From an uncultured Gemmataceae bacterium (GTDB lineage: Bacteria; Planctomycetota; Planctomycetia; Gemmatales; Gemmataceae): a stretch of 64,000 bases of DNA. Positions 9,907 through 20,643 of this stretch are shown here, one piece after another. Position numbers and translations under genes: made by a program. The notes beneath the pieces are model-generated. The model was given only the letters and a program-made list of their open reading frames with translations, was not told the DNA's origin and made no database searches. Within the stretch, counting starts at the first letter, position 1. Each line of letters begins with the position of its first letter. The stretch spans positions 736,001 through 800,000 of the forward strand of contig CAVVPN010000004.1 in NCBI GenBank assembly GCA_963750165.1, read 5' to 3'.

Positions 9907-11876
9907 ATGTTCTGGAAACGTTTGTTTGCCACGAAGTCGCTGGAAATGCTCCACGACGAGATGAAGAGCGATAACCGCCTGCGGCGCGTGCTCGGCCCGG
10001 TCGGCCTGACCTCGCTCGGCGTCGGCGCCATCATCGGCGCCGGTATCTTCGTCATCACCGGCCGCGTCGCCGCCCAGGACGCCGGGCCGGCCATCATCAC
10101 GTCCTTTTGCGTGGCCGGCGTCGCCTGTGCCCTGGCCGCCATGTGCTACGCCGAGTTCGCCTCCATGGCCCCTGTTGCCGGCAGCGCCTACACCTACGCC
10201 TACGCCACCCTCGGCGAGCTGTTCGCCTGGATCATTGGCTGGGATCTCGTGCTCGAATACGCGCTCAGTGCCGCCACCGTCGCCTCGGCCTGGTCGGAGT
10301 ACCTCAACAAGCTTCTTGAGGTCACCTGCGACTGGCGCATCCCCAAGTATTTATGTAACGACCCCTTCTCCCACCCCGGAGCCTGGTTCAACCTGCCCGC
10401 GGTGGTCATCCTGGCCATCGTCACCTCGGTCCTGGTGCTCGGCATCCGCGAGAGCGCCACGTCCAACACGGTCATGGTGGTCGTCAAGCTGAGCGTGGTC
10501 CTGTTCGTGATTGCTGTCGGCATCCAGTACGTCAACCCGGACAACTGGACGCAGATTCCGGTGAGCGAGCGCAAACTGCCCGAGGACTGGATCATCCCCG
10601 ACTACGCGGAAAAGTACATAAACATCGAGGAGCGCTTACTCAAGGACGCCGAGCACTACGCCGCCTTCTACGGGGCCGACAAGGTCAAGAGCATCACCGT
10701 CCAGCCCGAGCGGGTGCCGCCGCAAACGATCCGGCCCACGGAGGAGAAGCACGACGCCCGGGTGGCGCGGCTCAAGAAGGAGGCCATCGCCGCCTTCCGC
10801 ACCAAAATGGCCCGCGAACTGGCCGACGAGGCCGAGGCGAAAAAAGTCGAGGAAAAGTACGCCGCGGACATGCCGAAGACCGAGCACGACAAGCTGGTCG
10901 TCCAGGGACTGCTGGCGGAGGTCGGCAAAAAGGCTCCCGAGAAGACGACGGCCAAGTGGGGCCTGCTCGGCTTCCTGGGCCTGAACCAGGCGCTGGCGCA
11001 GATCGACAACTCGACGCGCAGCACCTTCATGCCGTTCGGAGTCTCCGGCATGATGCTGGGGGCGGCCCTGGTGTTCTTCGCGTTCATCGGCTTCGACTCG
11101 ATCTCGACGCACTCCGAAGAGGCTATCCGGCCACAGCGCGACGTGCCGTTCGGCATCATCACCTCACTGGTGCTGTGTACGGTCCTGTACATCGGCGTGG
11201 CGGGCATCATCACCGGCATGGAACCCTATCCGAACATCGACCCCAAGGCCGCGGTGGCCGCCGCCTTCGACCGCCAGGCCAAAATCACGGGCAACCCGCT
11301 GTTGACCGCTTCGGCGGCGCTGATCGCGCTGGGGCGCTGGCCGGCATGACCAGTGTGCTGCTCATCACCTTCCTGAGCCAGGCCCGCATCTTCCTGGCGA
11401 TGGCCCGCGACGGCCTGGTGCCGCACGCTGTCTTCGGCGTGGTCCACCCCAAGTTCAAGACGCCGCACATCTCGACCATGCTGACCGGCTGCATCATGGC
11501 CACGGTCGCGGCCCTGACGCCGATCGGCGTGCTGGAGGAGATGGTGAACATCGGCACGCTGTTCGCCTTCGTGGTGGTCTGCGCCGCGGTGCTGATCCTG
11601 CGCTTCAAGCGGCCGGAGGCCCGCCGGCCGTTCCGCTGTCCGCTTGTGTATGTCGTGGCCCCGCTGGGCATCCTGGTGAACGTCACCCTGATGTTGTTCC
11701 TGCCCATCGACACCTGGACCCGGCTGGTGGTTTGGCTGTTCATCGGCCTGACGATTTACTTCACCTTCGGCTGGCGCAACAGCGTCATGGGCAAGCGCGA
11801 GCGTGGCGAACCGCTGCCGAGCACGTACACGATGGGCAACCCGGAAATGGCGGCTGCGGCCGAGGCGCACCCATGA
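9907..11876 (+). CDS. APC-family amino acid permease with large hydrophilic insertion; frameshift ~11333
   Basis: GVGAIIGAGIF, YAEFAS, GSAYTY, FFAFIGFD; C-terminal half (AMARDGL, KTPH) in a second frame. Confidence 0.9.
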
Positions 11877-13723
11877 GTGCGACCATACCGGAGTCGCCGC
11901 CGACAACCGCCGCTGCGCCGGCCCCGGGCTTTCAGCAACGGCTGGGCCTGTTCGACGCCACCATGCTCGTGGCCGGCAGCATGATCGGCTCGGGCATCTT
12001 CATCGTCTCCGCGGACATCACGCGCGATGTCGGCTCCGCCGGCTGGCTGCTGGCCATCTGGCTGCTGACCGGCGTCATGACCATCATGGGCGCGCTCAGC
12101 TACGCCGAGCTGGCCGCCATGATGCCGCGCGCCGGCGGCCAGTACATCTTCCTTCGCGAAGCGTACAGCCCACTGTGGGGCTTCCTCTACGGTTGGACCA
12201 GCTTCCTCGTCATCCAGACCGGCTTCATCGCAGCGGTGAGCGTGGCGTTCGCCAAGTTCCTCGGTGTGCTGGTGCCGCCGCTGGGCACGGACAACGTCAT
12301 CTGGGCGCTGCCGAACTCCGCGGTGGACCTGAGCCTGTCGGTGTCGTGGCTGGACCAGCCGGTGACGTTTTTCAAGCGCGACCGGTTCGCCGTCAGCGCC
12401 GGCCAGCTGGTGGCGGTCGTCGTGGTGGCGGTGCTGACGCTGCTCAACTGCCGTGGCCTGCGCGAGGGCAAACTCGTGCAGAACATCTTCACCGTCGCCA
12501 AGACGCTGGGCCTGGCGCTGCTGATCGTCCTGGGGCTGACGGTGGCGCTGCAACCGGCGACCTTTCAACACAACCTGACGGATGTGTGGAACGGCATGTG
12601 GACGACGCCGCAGTTCCACACGGTATCGGGCTTCATGCCGCTGGCGGGCGTGGCGGCGCTGATGGTGATGGGCGGCGCCATGGTCGGGGCGCTGTTCTCC
12701 TCCGACGCCTGGAACAACGTGACGTTCGCGGCGGGCGAGATCAAGAACCCGCGGCGAAATTTGCCGTGGAGCCTGGCGCTGGGCACGGGCATGGTGATCG
12801 TGCTGTACCTGCTGGCGAACCTGGCGTACCTGGCGGCGCTGCCGCTGCACGGCGACCGCGTCCTGGCGGCCGAGAAGATGGTGCAGGCGAAGGCCGAGGA
12901 GCAGAAGGCGAAGGCGAAGGAGGCGGAGGAGTACCGCGTCCGCAAGGTCCGGGCCGAGGTCGAGGTCGAGATCGAGAAGACCACCGCGGAGGCGGCGCAA
13001 CTGAAGCTGCACGGCAAGGCCGATGAGGCCGCGCAGCTGCTACGCGGCCTGGACAAGCGCCGGGACTACCTGAAGGCGGCGGACAAGAAGATCGGCCTGC
13101 ACCGGCAGGAGCAGGCGAAGGCGCAGGAGCAGGCGCGGGAGCTGCAGGCGGAGGCGGCGTTCGCGCTGGGCATCGACCATGCGAAGGACGATCGCGTCGG
13201 CACGGCGGTGCTGGAGCGGGCGTCGCCGAATTTCGGCGTGCCGCTGATGGCGGTGGCGATCATGATCTCGACGTTCGGCTGTGTCAACGGCCTGGTGCTG
13301 ATGGGGGCGCGGCTGTACTACGCGATGGCGCAGGACCGGCTGTTCTTCGAGTCGGTGGGCCAGCTGAGCGGCCGCGGCGTGCCGGCGGTCGGCCTGGTGC
13401 TGCAGGGGTTGTGGTCGGTGGTGCTGATCTTCTCCGGGACGTACAGCGATTTGCTGGACTACATCATTTTCGCGGCGCTGCTGTTTTACGTGCTGACGGT
13501 GAGCGGCCTGTTCGTGCTGCGCCGCAAGCAACCCAACGCGGAGCGGCCGTACCGGGCGCTGGGCTATCCGGTGGTGCCGGCGATTTATGTGGCGCTGTGT
13601 GCGTTCATCATGCTGGATCTGCTGGTCGTGAAGCCTGTCTACAGCTGGCCGAGCTTTATCATTGTGTTGACGGGCATTCCGGTGTACCTGTTCTGGCGGC
13701 GGTCGGCGCGGGCGGTGGCGTGA
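11873..13723 (+). CDS. APC-family amino acid permease with coiled-coil insertion
   Basis: GSMIGSGIF, YAELAAMMPRAGG, DAWNNV, EIKNPRRNLP; ATGA overlap with upstream gene. Confidence 0.92.
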   Translation: MSATIPESPPTTAAAPAPGFQQRLGLFDATMLVAGSMIGSGIFIVSADITRDVGSAGWLLAIWLLTGVMTIMGALSYAELAAMMPRAGGQYIFLREAYSPLWGFLYGWTSFLVIQTGFIAAVSVAFAKFLGVLVPPLGTDNVIWALPNSAVDLSLSVSWLDQPVTFFKRDRFAVSAGQLVAVVVVAVLTLLNCRGLREGKLVQNIFTVAKTLGLALLIVLGLTVALQPATFQHNLTDVWNGMWTTPQFHTVSGFMPLAGVAALMVMGGAMVGALFSSDAWNNVTFAAGEIKNPRRNLPWSLALGTGMVIVLYLLANLAYLAALPLHGDRVLAAEKMVQAKAEEQKAKAKEAEEYRVRKVRAEVEVEIEKTTAEAAQLKLHGKADEAAQLLRGLDKRRDYLKAADKKIGLHRQEQAKAQEQARELQAEAAFALGIDHAKDDRVGTAVLERASPNFGVPLMAVAIMISTFGCVNGLVLMGARLYYAMAQDRLFFESVGQLSGRGVPAVGLVLQGLWSVVLIFSGTYSDLLDYIIFAALLFYVLTVSGLFVLRRKQPNAERPYRALGYPVVPAIYVALCAFIMLDLLVVKPVYSWPSFIIVLTGIPVYLFWRRSARAVA

Positions 13724-13899
13724 CCGCTGCGTTTGCGGGGCGCTGCACACCGCCAGAATGCGGTTGCGATCGACATGATATAATGGGTCAGAGGTCAATC
13801 GGATCATTTGTCTCCGGGTGGTTTTTGGTGGCGATTGAGTAAAGTTTGTGCTGCCCGTGCCCTGAAACCGATCCAGGAGCGACGAACCAGCGAGGCCCC

Positions 13900-14169
13900 A
13901 TGGACGAGAAGATCCTGAACGGTGAGGAATTTACCGATGAGCAGCTCCGTGCGGCCCTGAAACGCATGGGCGACAAGGCATGCCAGGCGACATTCGCGGC
14001 AGGGCGCCCGGTAGTGGTGTTCCGGCACGGGGCGCTGGTAGCGTTGTACCCGGACGGCACCGAAAAAATCCTCGAACAGGACCTCATTCCCGAGGGTGTG
14101 AAAGCGACATTCGGTTGCGCAGGAGGGTGCCTGGATGATTTCTCTGGTCGGGATGGCAGGTCTCGCTGA
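13900..14169 (+). CDS. Small hypothetical protein
   Basis: ATG after GAGG; MDEKILNGEEF...PVVVFRHGALVALYPDG. Confidence 0.5.
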   Translation: MDEKILNGEEFTDEQLRAALKRMGDKACQATFAAGRPVVVFRHGALVALYPDGTEKILEQDLIPEGVKATFGCAGGCLDDFSGRDGRSR

Positions 14170-14596
14170 AGCGGCCGAGTTTATCGTGTTGTCAGTCGGC
14201 TACGGCGGCCTCTTACTATCAGGTCTGGCGGCCACGGTGGGGCTGTTCGCCTACTCTCGGGTGGCTTCGGGGGTTGCTCTGGCCCTGGTGTTAGCCCTAA
14301 CGTTAATGCTCACTCCCTGGGAGGCGTTTCGCACGTTCGAGTCGGCTGATCCGGATGTTCATGATTGGGTCGCGGCCTGGCGTGGTTTCGGTTGGTGCTG
14401 GGGGGTCGCTGTGGCCGCCGCGGTCGCTGTCTCGGTCCGTGCCTTCTGCTTCCCTCCCAAGACGGCCGTGCATTCCCCGGGCGAAAACGAAACCTTGCTA
14501 CTTCTATCAAGATCGAGAAGTCGCGCCAGGCGCTACGGCAACTCGGCCACGCAATTTCGGTCCTGGCGGTTCCGGGAGGCCAGGAAAAAGCGCTGA
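14135..14596 (+). CDS. Hypothetical membrane protein
   Basis: Three hydrophobic segments; 3' end uncertain. Confidence 0.5.
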   Translation: MISLVGMAGLAEAAEFIVLSVGYGGLLLSGLAATVGLFAYSRVASGVALALVLALTLMLTPWEAFRTFESADPDVHDWVAAWRGFGWCWGVAVAAAVAVSVRAFCFPPKTAVHSPGENETLLLLSRSRSRARRYGNSATQFRSWRFREARKKR

Positions 14597-14768
14597 GCCT
14601 GCTTTTTCCGTTCTGAATACTCGTGATCGCTCACGCCCGCGCAACCCGCAATCTCCCGCGTCAGCCGCCGCACCGCCGGTACAAAGCGCAACCTTTACCA
14701 TTGCACCGGCCGCGCCCGTTCTGTTGAATAAACGCATCTTGATGGAGTCCCCTGGTACGGAGACACGC

Positions 14769-15242
14769 ATGTCGCAGCGATGGCGCGTTCCGGTGTTGCC
14801 GGTGTTGACGGTGCTGCTGGCGCTGACGGACCCGGCCTGGGGTTGCAGCGAACGCAGCACGGTCTGGCACTGGGACCACTGCTGGCTGAGCGTGCCGCGC
14901 TGGCTGGTGCTCGCCGCCGCCTGCGCCGGCTGGTGGTATCTGTGCTTCCACCGCCTTTTTCCCTGGCTGCTGGCCCCCGACCGGCCGCAGCCGCCCTGGC
15001 CGCGCGTCGCCTTCCGCCGCGCCGTGGCCCTGTTCTGGTTACTTTCCTGGGTGACGTTCGTCGCCCTGTTCGCCTGGCTGTCGGACGAACTGCTGTTGCT
15101 GTCGGCGCGGTCGCTGCCGAACCTGGGGCCGTGGCTGAGTCAGCAGGCGCTGAGCCTGCTGGTGCTCGCGGTCGGCCTCGGCGGTGCCGCCGTGCTCTGG
15201 CTCGCCGGCCGTCAACGCCGCCCCGGGATGCGTGAATCCTGA
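14769..15242 (+). CDS. Hypothetical membrane protein, first gene of the tubulin-like locus
   Basis: Signal-like N-terminus plus about 3 TM helices; stop 15 bp before the tubulin-like ATG. Confidence 0.7.
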   Translation: MSQRWRVPVLPVLTVLLALTDPAWGCSERSTVWHWDHCWLSVPRWLVLAAACAGWWYLCFHRLFPWLLAPDRPQPPWPRVAFRRAVALFWLLSWVTFVALFAWLSDELLLLSARSLPNLGPWLSQQALSLLVLAVGLGGAAVLWLAGRQRRPGMRES

Positions 15243-15257
15243 ACGAGGGAACCGGCC

Positions 15258-18200
15258 ATGACTGACACACCCCCCACCGCGCCGCCCGGCGTCCGCCATG
15301 TCGCCCCGACGGTCCTGATCGGCCTGGGCGGCACCGGCAAGGACGTGCTGTTGCGCGTCCGCCGCATGTTTTACGAGCGCCACGGCCTGCGCCCGGACGG
15401 CGGCGTCGGCTACCCGATCATCGGCTACCTGGCCCTGGACACCGACCCGGGCGCCCTGGACCGCATCGAGGGCGAGGGCGCCAGCGATTTCGTGCTGCGG
15501 GCGATCCAGTTCAAGCGCGGCGGCACCCCGGAGGCGCTCGACTGCACGGTGGCGCCGCGGCAGCTGGAAGATTATTTCCGCGGCGGCGAACAGCAGTTCC
15601 CACACCTGTTCCGCTGGCTGCCGGCGGAGCTAAAAAAGTTCGGGGCCAACGGCATCGTCGGCGGCGCCGGCCAGAACCGCCTGTTCGGCCGCCTCGCATT
15701 CTTCCACCACTTCACGCGCATCCGCGACACATTGAAAGCCCGCATCAGCCAGGTTGTCGCTGATGCCACGCTGCCCACTCGCCGCGCCGCCTGGCTGTCG
15801 GAACTGCGCACGCCGGTGGAGGTCAACCCGCAGCGCCTGGAAATCGTGCTGGTCTACTCGCTGGCCGGCGGCACGGGCGCCGGCATGTTCCTGGACATGG
15901 GCTGGCTGGTCCGCCACGTCGTCGAGCGCGAGCTGGCTCTGGCCGGCGTGCAGCCGTTCTTCACGCACTACGCGCTGCTGCCGGAGGCGTTCGTGCAAGA
16001 GGCCGCCGAGGGCCGTCGCAACGTCACGCTCAAGCCGGAGCAGCGCCGCAAGATTCAGGAGAACGCCTTCGCCTGCCTGCGCGAGATGGAGTATTTTTCC
16101 ATGGCGCCGCGGCAGGCGTTTGACCTGACCATTCCGCAGGCCGTGCCCGCCGCTGTATTCCCCCCCAAAATGGGAGGGGATACAGCGGCGGGCGGCGTCT
16201 CGGAGCCGTGGTATGGCGTGCAGTGGGAACTGGATGGCCCCGTCGTCGAAATCCACAGCTCGCCGTGGGATACGTGTTACCTGCTTGGCGGCGGCAACGA
16301 GGCGATGGGCAACCAGTGCCTGCCGCCGGCGGAGCTGTACCAGATGATCGCGGAGCGGCTGTTCCTGCAGTTCGCCGGCGGCCAGTTCGGCAGCCTGAAG
16401 GAGTCCGCCCTGAGCAACGAGGTGGACGAGACGCTGCAGGCGCTGGCCGACGAGGTGCGCGATGAGCGCGGCCAGATTTTGTATCGCCATTTCCTGAGCA
16501 AGCGCTTCAGCACCTTCGGCCTGTCGCAAATTTTCTTTGACCGCGAGCGTATGCGGCGGGCAGCGGCGCACCGGCTGGCGTGGAAGCTGGTCGCCGAGTG
16601 GTGGCTGCGGCCGGCGGACCTGGCGCCCGTGGAGTTGCAGCGGCTGGCGAAGGAGGATTTGCACGGGGGAGCCGGCGGCCGCGGCGAAGTTGTCACCGCG
16701 ACCGGCCTGGCTGGTGACAGCCCATTGTCACTGGCATACGACGCGCTGCGCGATCAGATTCTGCTGGAGGACCGCGACCAGGACCGGCATCGCACCTGGT
16801 TCCAGGTGGTTCTCGACGATGAGCAGCAGCGCCGCCGCCGTGTCGAGGAGGGCGATTTTGACACGCGCACCGAGGAAGCGATCACGCCCTTGCTGCAAGC
16901 GCACCTGCACCGCCTCAAGCGCGTCCGCGGCGCCGCGGGAGAGACGGGGCTGGCCGTCCGCAGTTTCGAGCGGCACCGCCAGCAACTCGAAGAGGAAATC
17001 GAGCGCCGCCTGCGGGCGCTGGTGCTGCACCGCCTGCAACAACTCGGCGTACGCGGCACCTTGCAGTTACTGGAGGAATACGCCAACCTGCACAAAAACG
17101 AGCTGCAAAAAGCCCAGTATTTGGCGGCGAAGAAGGCCGCGCCGCTGCCGCCCTACCCAGACCGCGTGAGCGACGCCCGCCGCCTACCGCTGGCGTACTA
17201 TGCGCGCACGGCGGTACGCCTGGAGTTGCAGCGGGCGCTGCGGCAGGTCCGGGACCACCTGCTCAAGGCGTTCCACCGCGAGGCGCTGCCGGAAATTCGC
17301 GCCTGCCTCGACCGCGTGCAGCAGCGCATCGGCCTTGACCAGCGCGAGGGTTCTTACGCCGATCTCTTGCAGCGCTTTCAATCGCTGCTGGAAGCGCAGA
17401 CCGACGCGATGTCCGGCGTGCAGCACTACCTGGCCCAGCGCTTCCGCGAGTTGCGCACGCAAGACGCCGCCCAGGAGCGCACCATCGGCCTGCTCGACCA
17501 GCTGAGCGATGCCGCCTACGACGCCCGCATCCGCCAGCTGATCGCCCCGGAGAGTCCCGGCACCGCCCTGGACATGCACGAACTCGGCCCACGTGTCGAG
17601 CGGCTGGTCTTGCAGCAACTGGCCGCGGTCGATCCGAAGTGGCAGCGCGTGCAGTCGGTCGGCGACCTGGCCCTGACGCTGCTGGCGCTGCAGCCCGCGG
17701 AACTGCCAGCGCAACCGGTCCTCGACGAACTCGCCGCCGACCTGGCCGCGGCGTGCGAGGCGCTGCTGGCGAATTTTGCCGGTGAAACCAGCGCCCTGGA
17801 GCAGTTCAACCGCGACGTGCATTTGATGCGCGTGCGGCTGGACAATTTGCGCACCTACTCGGGTTGTTTTTTGCGGCGGACGCGCGAGCCGGAGGCACAG
17901 CGGCTGGACACCGCGGCGGTACTGCGGCTGGGCGTCGCCGACTGCAAGGGCCGCGCCGCCGAGGAGTTTCGCCGTCAGGCCGAGGCCGCCGGCTCCGACC
18001 GCCAGTTGCTCGGATTGCAGTCCTTCGAGATCGATGGCGACCGCATCGTACTTTATCAGGAAAAAACCGGCCTGCCGCTGTGCTATTACTGCGGCCTGGA
18101 GACGCTGGGCGAGCTGTACGCCCGGTCGCTGCGGCAGCGCGAGACGCACCTGGACTACCACGCGCTGCGCGGCCGATTGCCGGAGGTGCGCCGGGCGCAG

Positions 18201-18917
18201 CCGGAGCGGCAGAAGCACCTGGCCCAGTGTGTCGAGCTGGCGCTGTACGGCGTCAGTACGGGCGTGTTGCGTTACGAGCAGCGTTTCGAGCAGCAGCGCT
18301 TCTGGCTGGCGGTGAAGCAGGGCTACGGCACGCCGTTGACGGTGCCGCTGGGCGGTCAGCTGGAAGAGGTGATCGCCTACCTGGCCGAGCACGCCAGCGA
18401 CCGGGCGGAGTTGCAGCGGCAGCTGGACCGCTGGTTCCAGGCCGCCGCCCAGAACGACGGTGAGGCACTGGTGCTGCTCTGGTGCGCCGTGCAGGATTTT
18501 CACGAGGACATCCGCGGGCGCGTGCAGCGGCACATCGACCAGGGCCGGCTGACGAGTTCCGAGGCCCGCCACCACCCACTGCTGGCCGTGCTGGAGCAGC
18601 GCATGCTGTCGCGCGTGCGCGAGCGGCTGCTGGGCTTGCCGGGCGGCCCAGGCTGGCTGGAGTCGAAGCTCGACCGCGGCGGTCTGGCGGCGGAGCTGGA
18701 CGGCGACGACCTCGACCAGGCCCTGCGGCTGCGGGCGGAACTGCTGCGCGACTGCTACGCGCCGCTGTCAGAGGCGGTGCCGGTGCCGGTGCTGCGTCCG
18801 GGCGCCCGGTTGGACCGGCGCGTCTTCGGCGACCTGATGGGGCCGCGCCCCGGGCCGCGGCCGGCCGCCGCGGCGCCGCTGCGGCGCTTCCAGCAGGCGG
18901 AGGATGAGTCGGTGTGA
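15258..18917 (+). CDS. Tubulin/FtsZ-like GTPase (Tubulin_2/FtsZl1-type) with long helical C-terminal region
   Basis: VLIGLGGTG, ALDTD, GAGQNRLFGR, SLAGGTGAGMFLD (tubulin signature variant), ENAFACLREM; 1219 aa. Confidence 0.9.
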   Translation: MTDTPPTAPPGVRHVAPTVLIGLGGTGKDVLLRVRRMFYERHGLRPDGGVGYPIIGYLALDTDPGALDRIEGEGASDFVLRAIQFKRGGTPEALDCTVAPRQLEDYFRGGEQQFPHLFRWLPAELKKFGANGIVGGAGQNRLFGRLAFFHHFTRIRDTLKARISQVVADATLPTRRAAWLSELRTPVEVNPQRLEIVLVYSLAGGTGAGMFLDMGWLVRHVVERELALAGVQPFFTHYALLPEAFVQEAAEGRRNVTLKPEQRRKIQENAFACLREMEYFSMAPRQAFDLTIPQAVPAAVFPPKMGGDTAAGGVSEPWYGVQWELDGPVVEIHSSPWDTCYLLGGGNEAMGNQCLPPAELYQMIAERLFLQFAGGQFGSLKESALSNEVDETLQALADEVRDERGQILYRHFLSKRFSTFGLSQIFFDRERMRRAAAHRLAWKLVAEWWLRPADLAPVELQRLAKEDLHGGAGGRGEVVTATGLAGDSPLSLAYDALRDQILLEDRDQDRHRTWFQVVLDDEQQRRRRVEEGDFDTRTEEAITPLLQAHLHRLKRVRGAAGETGLAVRSFERHRQQLEEEIERRLRALVLHRLQQLGVRGTLQLLEEYANLHKNELQKAQYLAAKKAAPLPPYPDRVSDARRLPLAYYARTAVRLELQRALRQVRDHLLKAFHREALPEIRACLDRVQQRIGLDQREGSYADLLQRFQSLLEAQTDAMSGVQHYLAQRFRELRTQDAAQERTIGLLDQLSDAAYDARIRQLIAPESPGTALDMHELGPRVERLVLQQLAAVDPKWQRVQSVGDLALTLLALQPAELPAQPVLDELAADLAAACEALLANFAGETSALEQFNRDVHLMRVRLDNLRTYSGCFLRRTREPEAQRLDTAAVLRLGVADCKGRAAEEFRRQAEAAGSDRQLLGLQSFEIDGDRIVLYQEKTGLPLCYYCGLETLGELYARSLRQRETHLDYHALRGRLPEVRRAQPERQKHLAQCVELALYGVSTGVLRYEQRFEQQRFWLAVKQGYGTPLTVPLGGQLEEVIAYLAEHASDRAELQRQLDRWFQAAAQNDGEALVLLWCAVQDFHEDIRGRVQRHIDQGRLTSSEARHHPLLAVLEQRMLSRVRERLLGLPGGPGWLESKLDRGGLAAELDGDDLDQALRLRAELLRDCYAPLSEAVPVPVLRPGARLDRRVFGDLMGPRPGPRPAAAAPLRRFQQAEDESV

Positions 18918-19045
18918 TTGTCTGGCCGGCCCAAAGTGCGAACTTGTGTATAAGTATCTATTCCGGTTACTCTACTGGGTGGTTCGGTTGGATGAGTGAA
19001 TTGCCGTCCTCGTCAGGATGGCGCGCCTTTCACAAGGAGTCTTCC

Positions 19046-20173
19046 ATGAAAGCCGTCACGCTGGTGGTGTTGAGCGGAGCCCTGTTGAGTTGGGTGCCGC
19101 AGGCGCCTGCCCAGACGGAACTGCCCCCGGCCGCGAAGAAATTGCTCAAGGAATATGAGGAGAGCATCGTCGAGCTTGACAAAAAGTACGAGGCCGAGGT
19201 CAAGAAACGCGGGGAAAAGACGACCGTGGAACTGAAGAAGGTGCAGGATCGGATGTGCAAGGAGGCCAAACTCGACGAGGCGGTGGCTGTCCGCGACCTG
19301 ATTCGCAGCATCCAGGCCGGGACCAACGAGGCCTCCGCCGCCGACCTGCCGGCCGCCGCCCGCGAAATTTACAAAGTGTATCAGGATGACACCGCCGCGA
19401 TCCTCAAGAAGGCCGAGACCGAGGTCGAGGTCCGGCGAAACCAGGCCACCGTGGGGCTGAAGCGGTTGCAGGACCTGTTGTGCAAGGAAACCAAGCTCGA
19501 CGAGGCCATCGTCATCCGTGACCTCATTCGTTCGCTTCGGGACGGGGTGACCAACACCCTGGCCGATCCGGGCTACGTGAACAACCCGGCCAACGACGTC
19601 GGCAAGGTGTTTTACTACACGGTCACCGGCGTCACCAACGGCGGCTCGATCTACGGTACCGATATTTACACCACCGGCTCGCACCTGGGCATGGCGGCGG
19701 TCCACAGCGGCGTCCTGAAAGCCGGCCAGCAAGGGGTCGTGAAAGTGACCATCTTGCCGGGCCAGAACAACTACACCGCCTCCATGCAGAACGGCGTTAA
19801 CAGTAACGGGTATGGGAATTGGGGGGTGAGCTTCAAGGTCGAACGGGTCTACGGGTTGGCGGGGAAACGTGTCAGTTCCGTCCTGGCCGACCCGGGCTAT
19901 GTGAGCAACTCGGCCAACGACATCGGCAAGGTGTTTCACTACACGGTCACCGGCGGCAACAACGGCCAGATCTGGGGCACCGGCGTCTACACCACCGGCT
20001 CGCACCTGGGCACGGCTGCGGTTCACAGTGGTGTGCTGCGAGTCGGCCAAAAGGCCATCGTGAAAGTGACCATCTTACCCGGCCAGAACAACTACATCGC
20101 CTCGCCCAGGAACGGCATCACCAGTAATGGGTATGGGAATTGGGGGGTGAGCTTCAAGGTCGAGCGGAGATAA
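19046..20173 (+). CDS. Secreted protein with two LCCL domains
   Basis: Signal peptide; two copies of I(Y/W)GT..YT.GS.L..AAVHSG...VKV...PGQ..Y.AS..NG..S..YG.W..SF. Confidence 0.85.
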   Translation: MKAVTLVVLSGALLSWVPQAPAQTELPPAAKKLLKEYEESIVELDKKYEAEVKKRGEKTTVELKKVQDRMCKEAKLDEAVAVRDLIRSIQAGTNEASAADLPAAAREIYKVYQDDTAAILKKAETEVEVRRNQATVGLKRLQDLLCKETKLDEAIVIRDLIRSLRDGVTNTLADPGYVNNPANDVGKVFYYTVTGVTNGGSIYGTDIYTTGSHLGMAAVHSGVLKAGQQGVVKVTILPGQNNYTASMQNGVNSNGYGNWGVSFKVERVYGLAGKRVSSVLADPGYVSNSANDIGKVFHYTVTGGNNGQIWGTGVYTTGSHLGTAAVHSGVLRVGQKAIVKVTILPGQNNYIASPRNGITSNGYGNWGVSFKVERR

Positions 20174-20231
20174 TCCGACCTGCGAGGCGGCGGCCGGGTA
20201 CGGTCGGGCGCGATCCAGGGAGGGCTGTCCG

Positions 20232-20366
20232 ATGGCCGTCGAGAAGGAGGCGCTGCGCGACTGGCATCGCCTGTTCGGCCTGCTCTTGACCGACTATTTC
20301 AGCGGCGCGCCCTTCGTCGTCGAAGTCGCGCGCGACTTCTCGGTCCAGCAGCAACTGCTCAGCTAA
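20232..20366 (+). pseudogene. 44-codon N-terminal remnant of a conserved hypothetical protein
   Basis: GGAGG RBS, then MAVEKEALRDWHRLFGLLLTDYFSGAPFVVEVARDFSVQQQLLS*; resembles the start of a longer family (recall only). Confidence 0.45.
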
Positions 20367-20643
20367 CCTGGGCCGTGAACCAGATCGCCGACTTTCTCAG
20401 CCGGGAGGCGGTGCGCGGATTGGATAACGCGGTTTGGCTCCGCCAGGACGCGCAGGCCCGTGACCGCTTGAACGCACGGTCGGGCCTGGTGAAGCGCATC
20501 AAAGCTCTGCACCCCACCCCGGGATCCTCTTTGTAAAAGCCACGGAGCCACCATCCTTGTCCGTGTTCCCCATCCCGTCCCAGGGCCAGGGGACTTGCGG
20601 ACGCCGCGGCGGTTGGCGAGAATACCACGCGGAGGGTCAGGCC

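Noticed and set aside
14520..14575. Degenerate attC after the membrane gene (similar half-sites near 21350, 27246 and 63890)
   Set aside because: Only partial box similarity and no complete paired arms.
15258..18917. Calling this ftsZ
   Set aside because: Three times too long, divergent signature and no dcw context.
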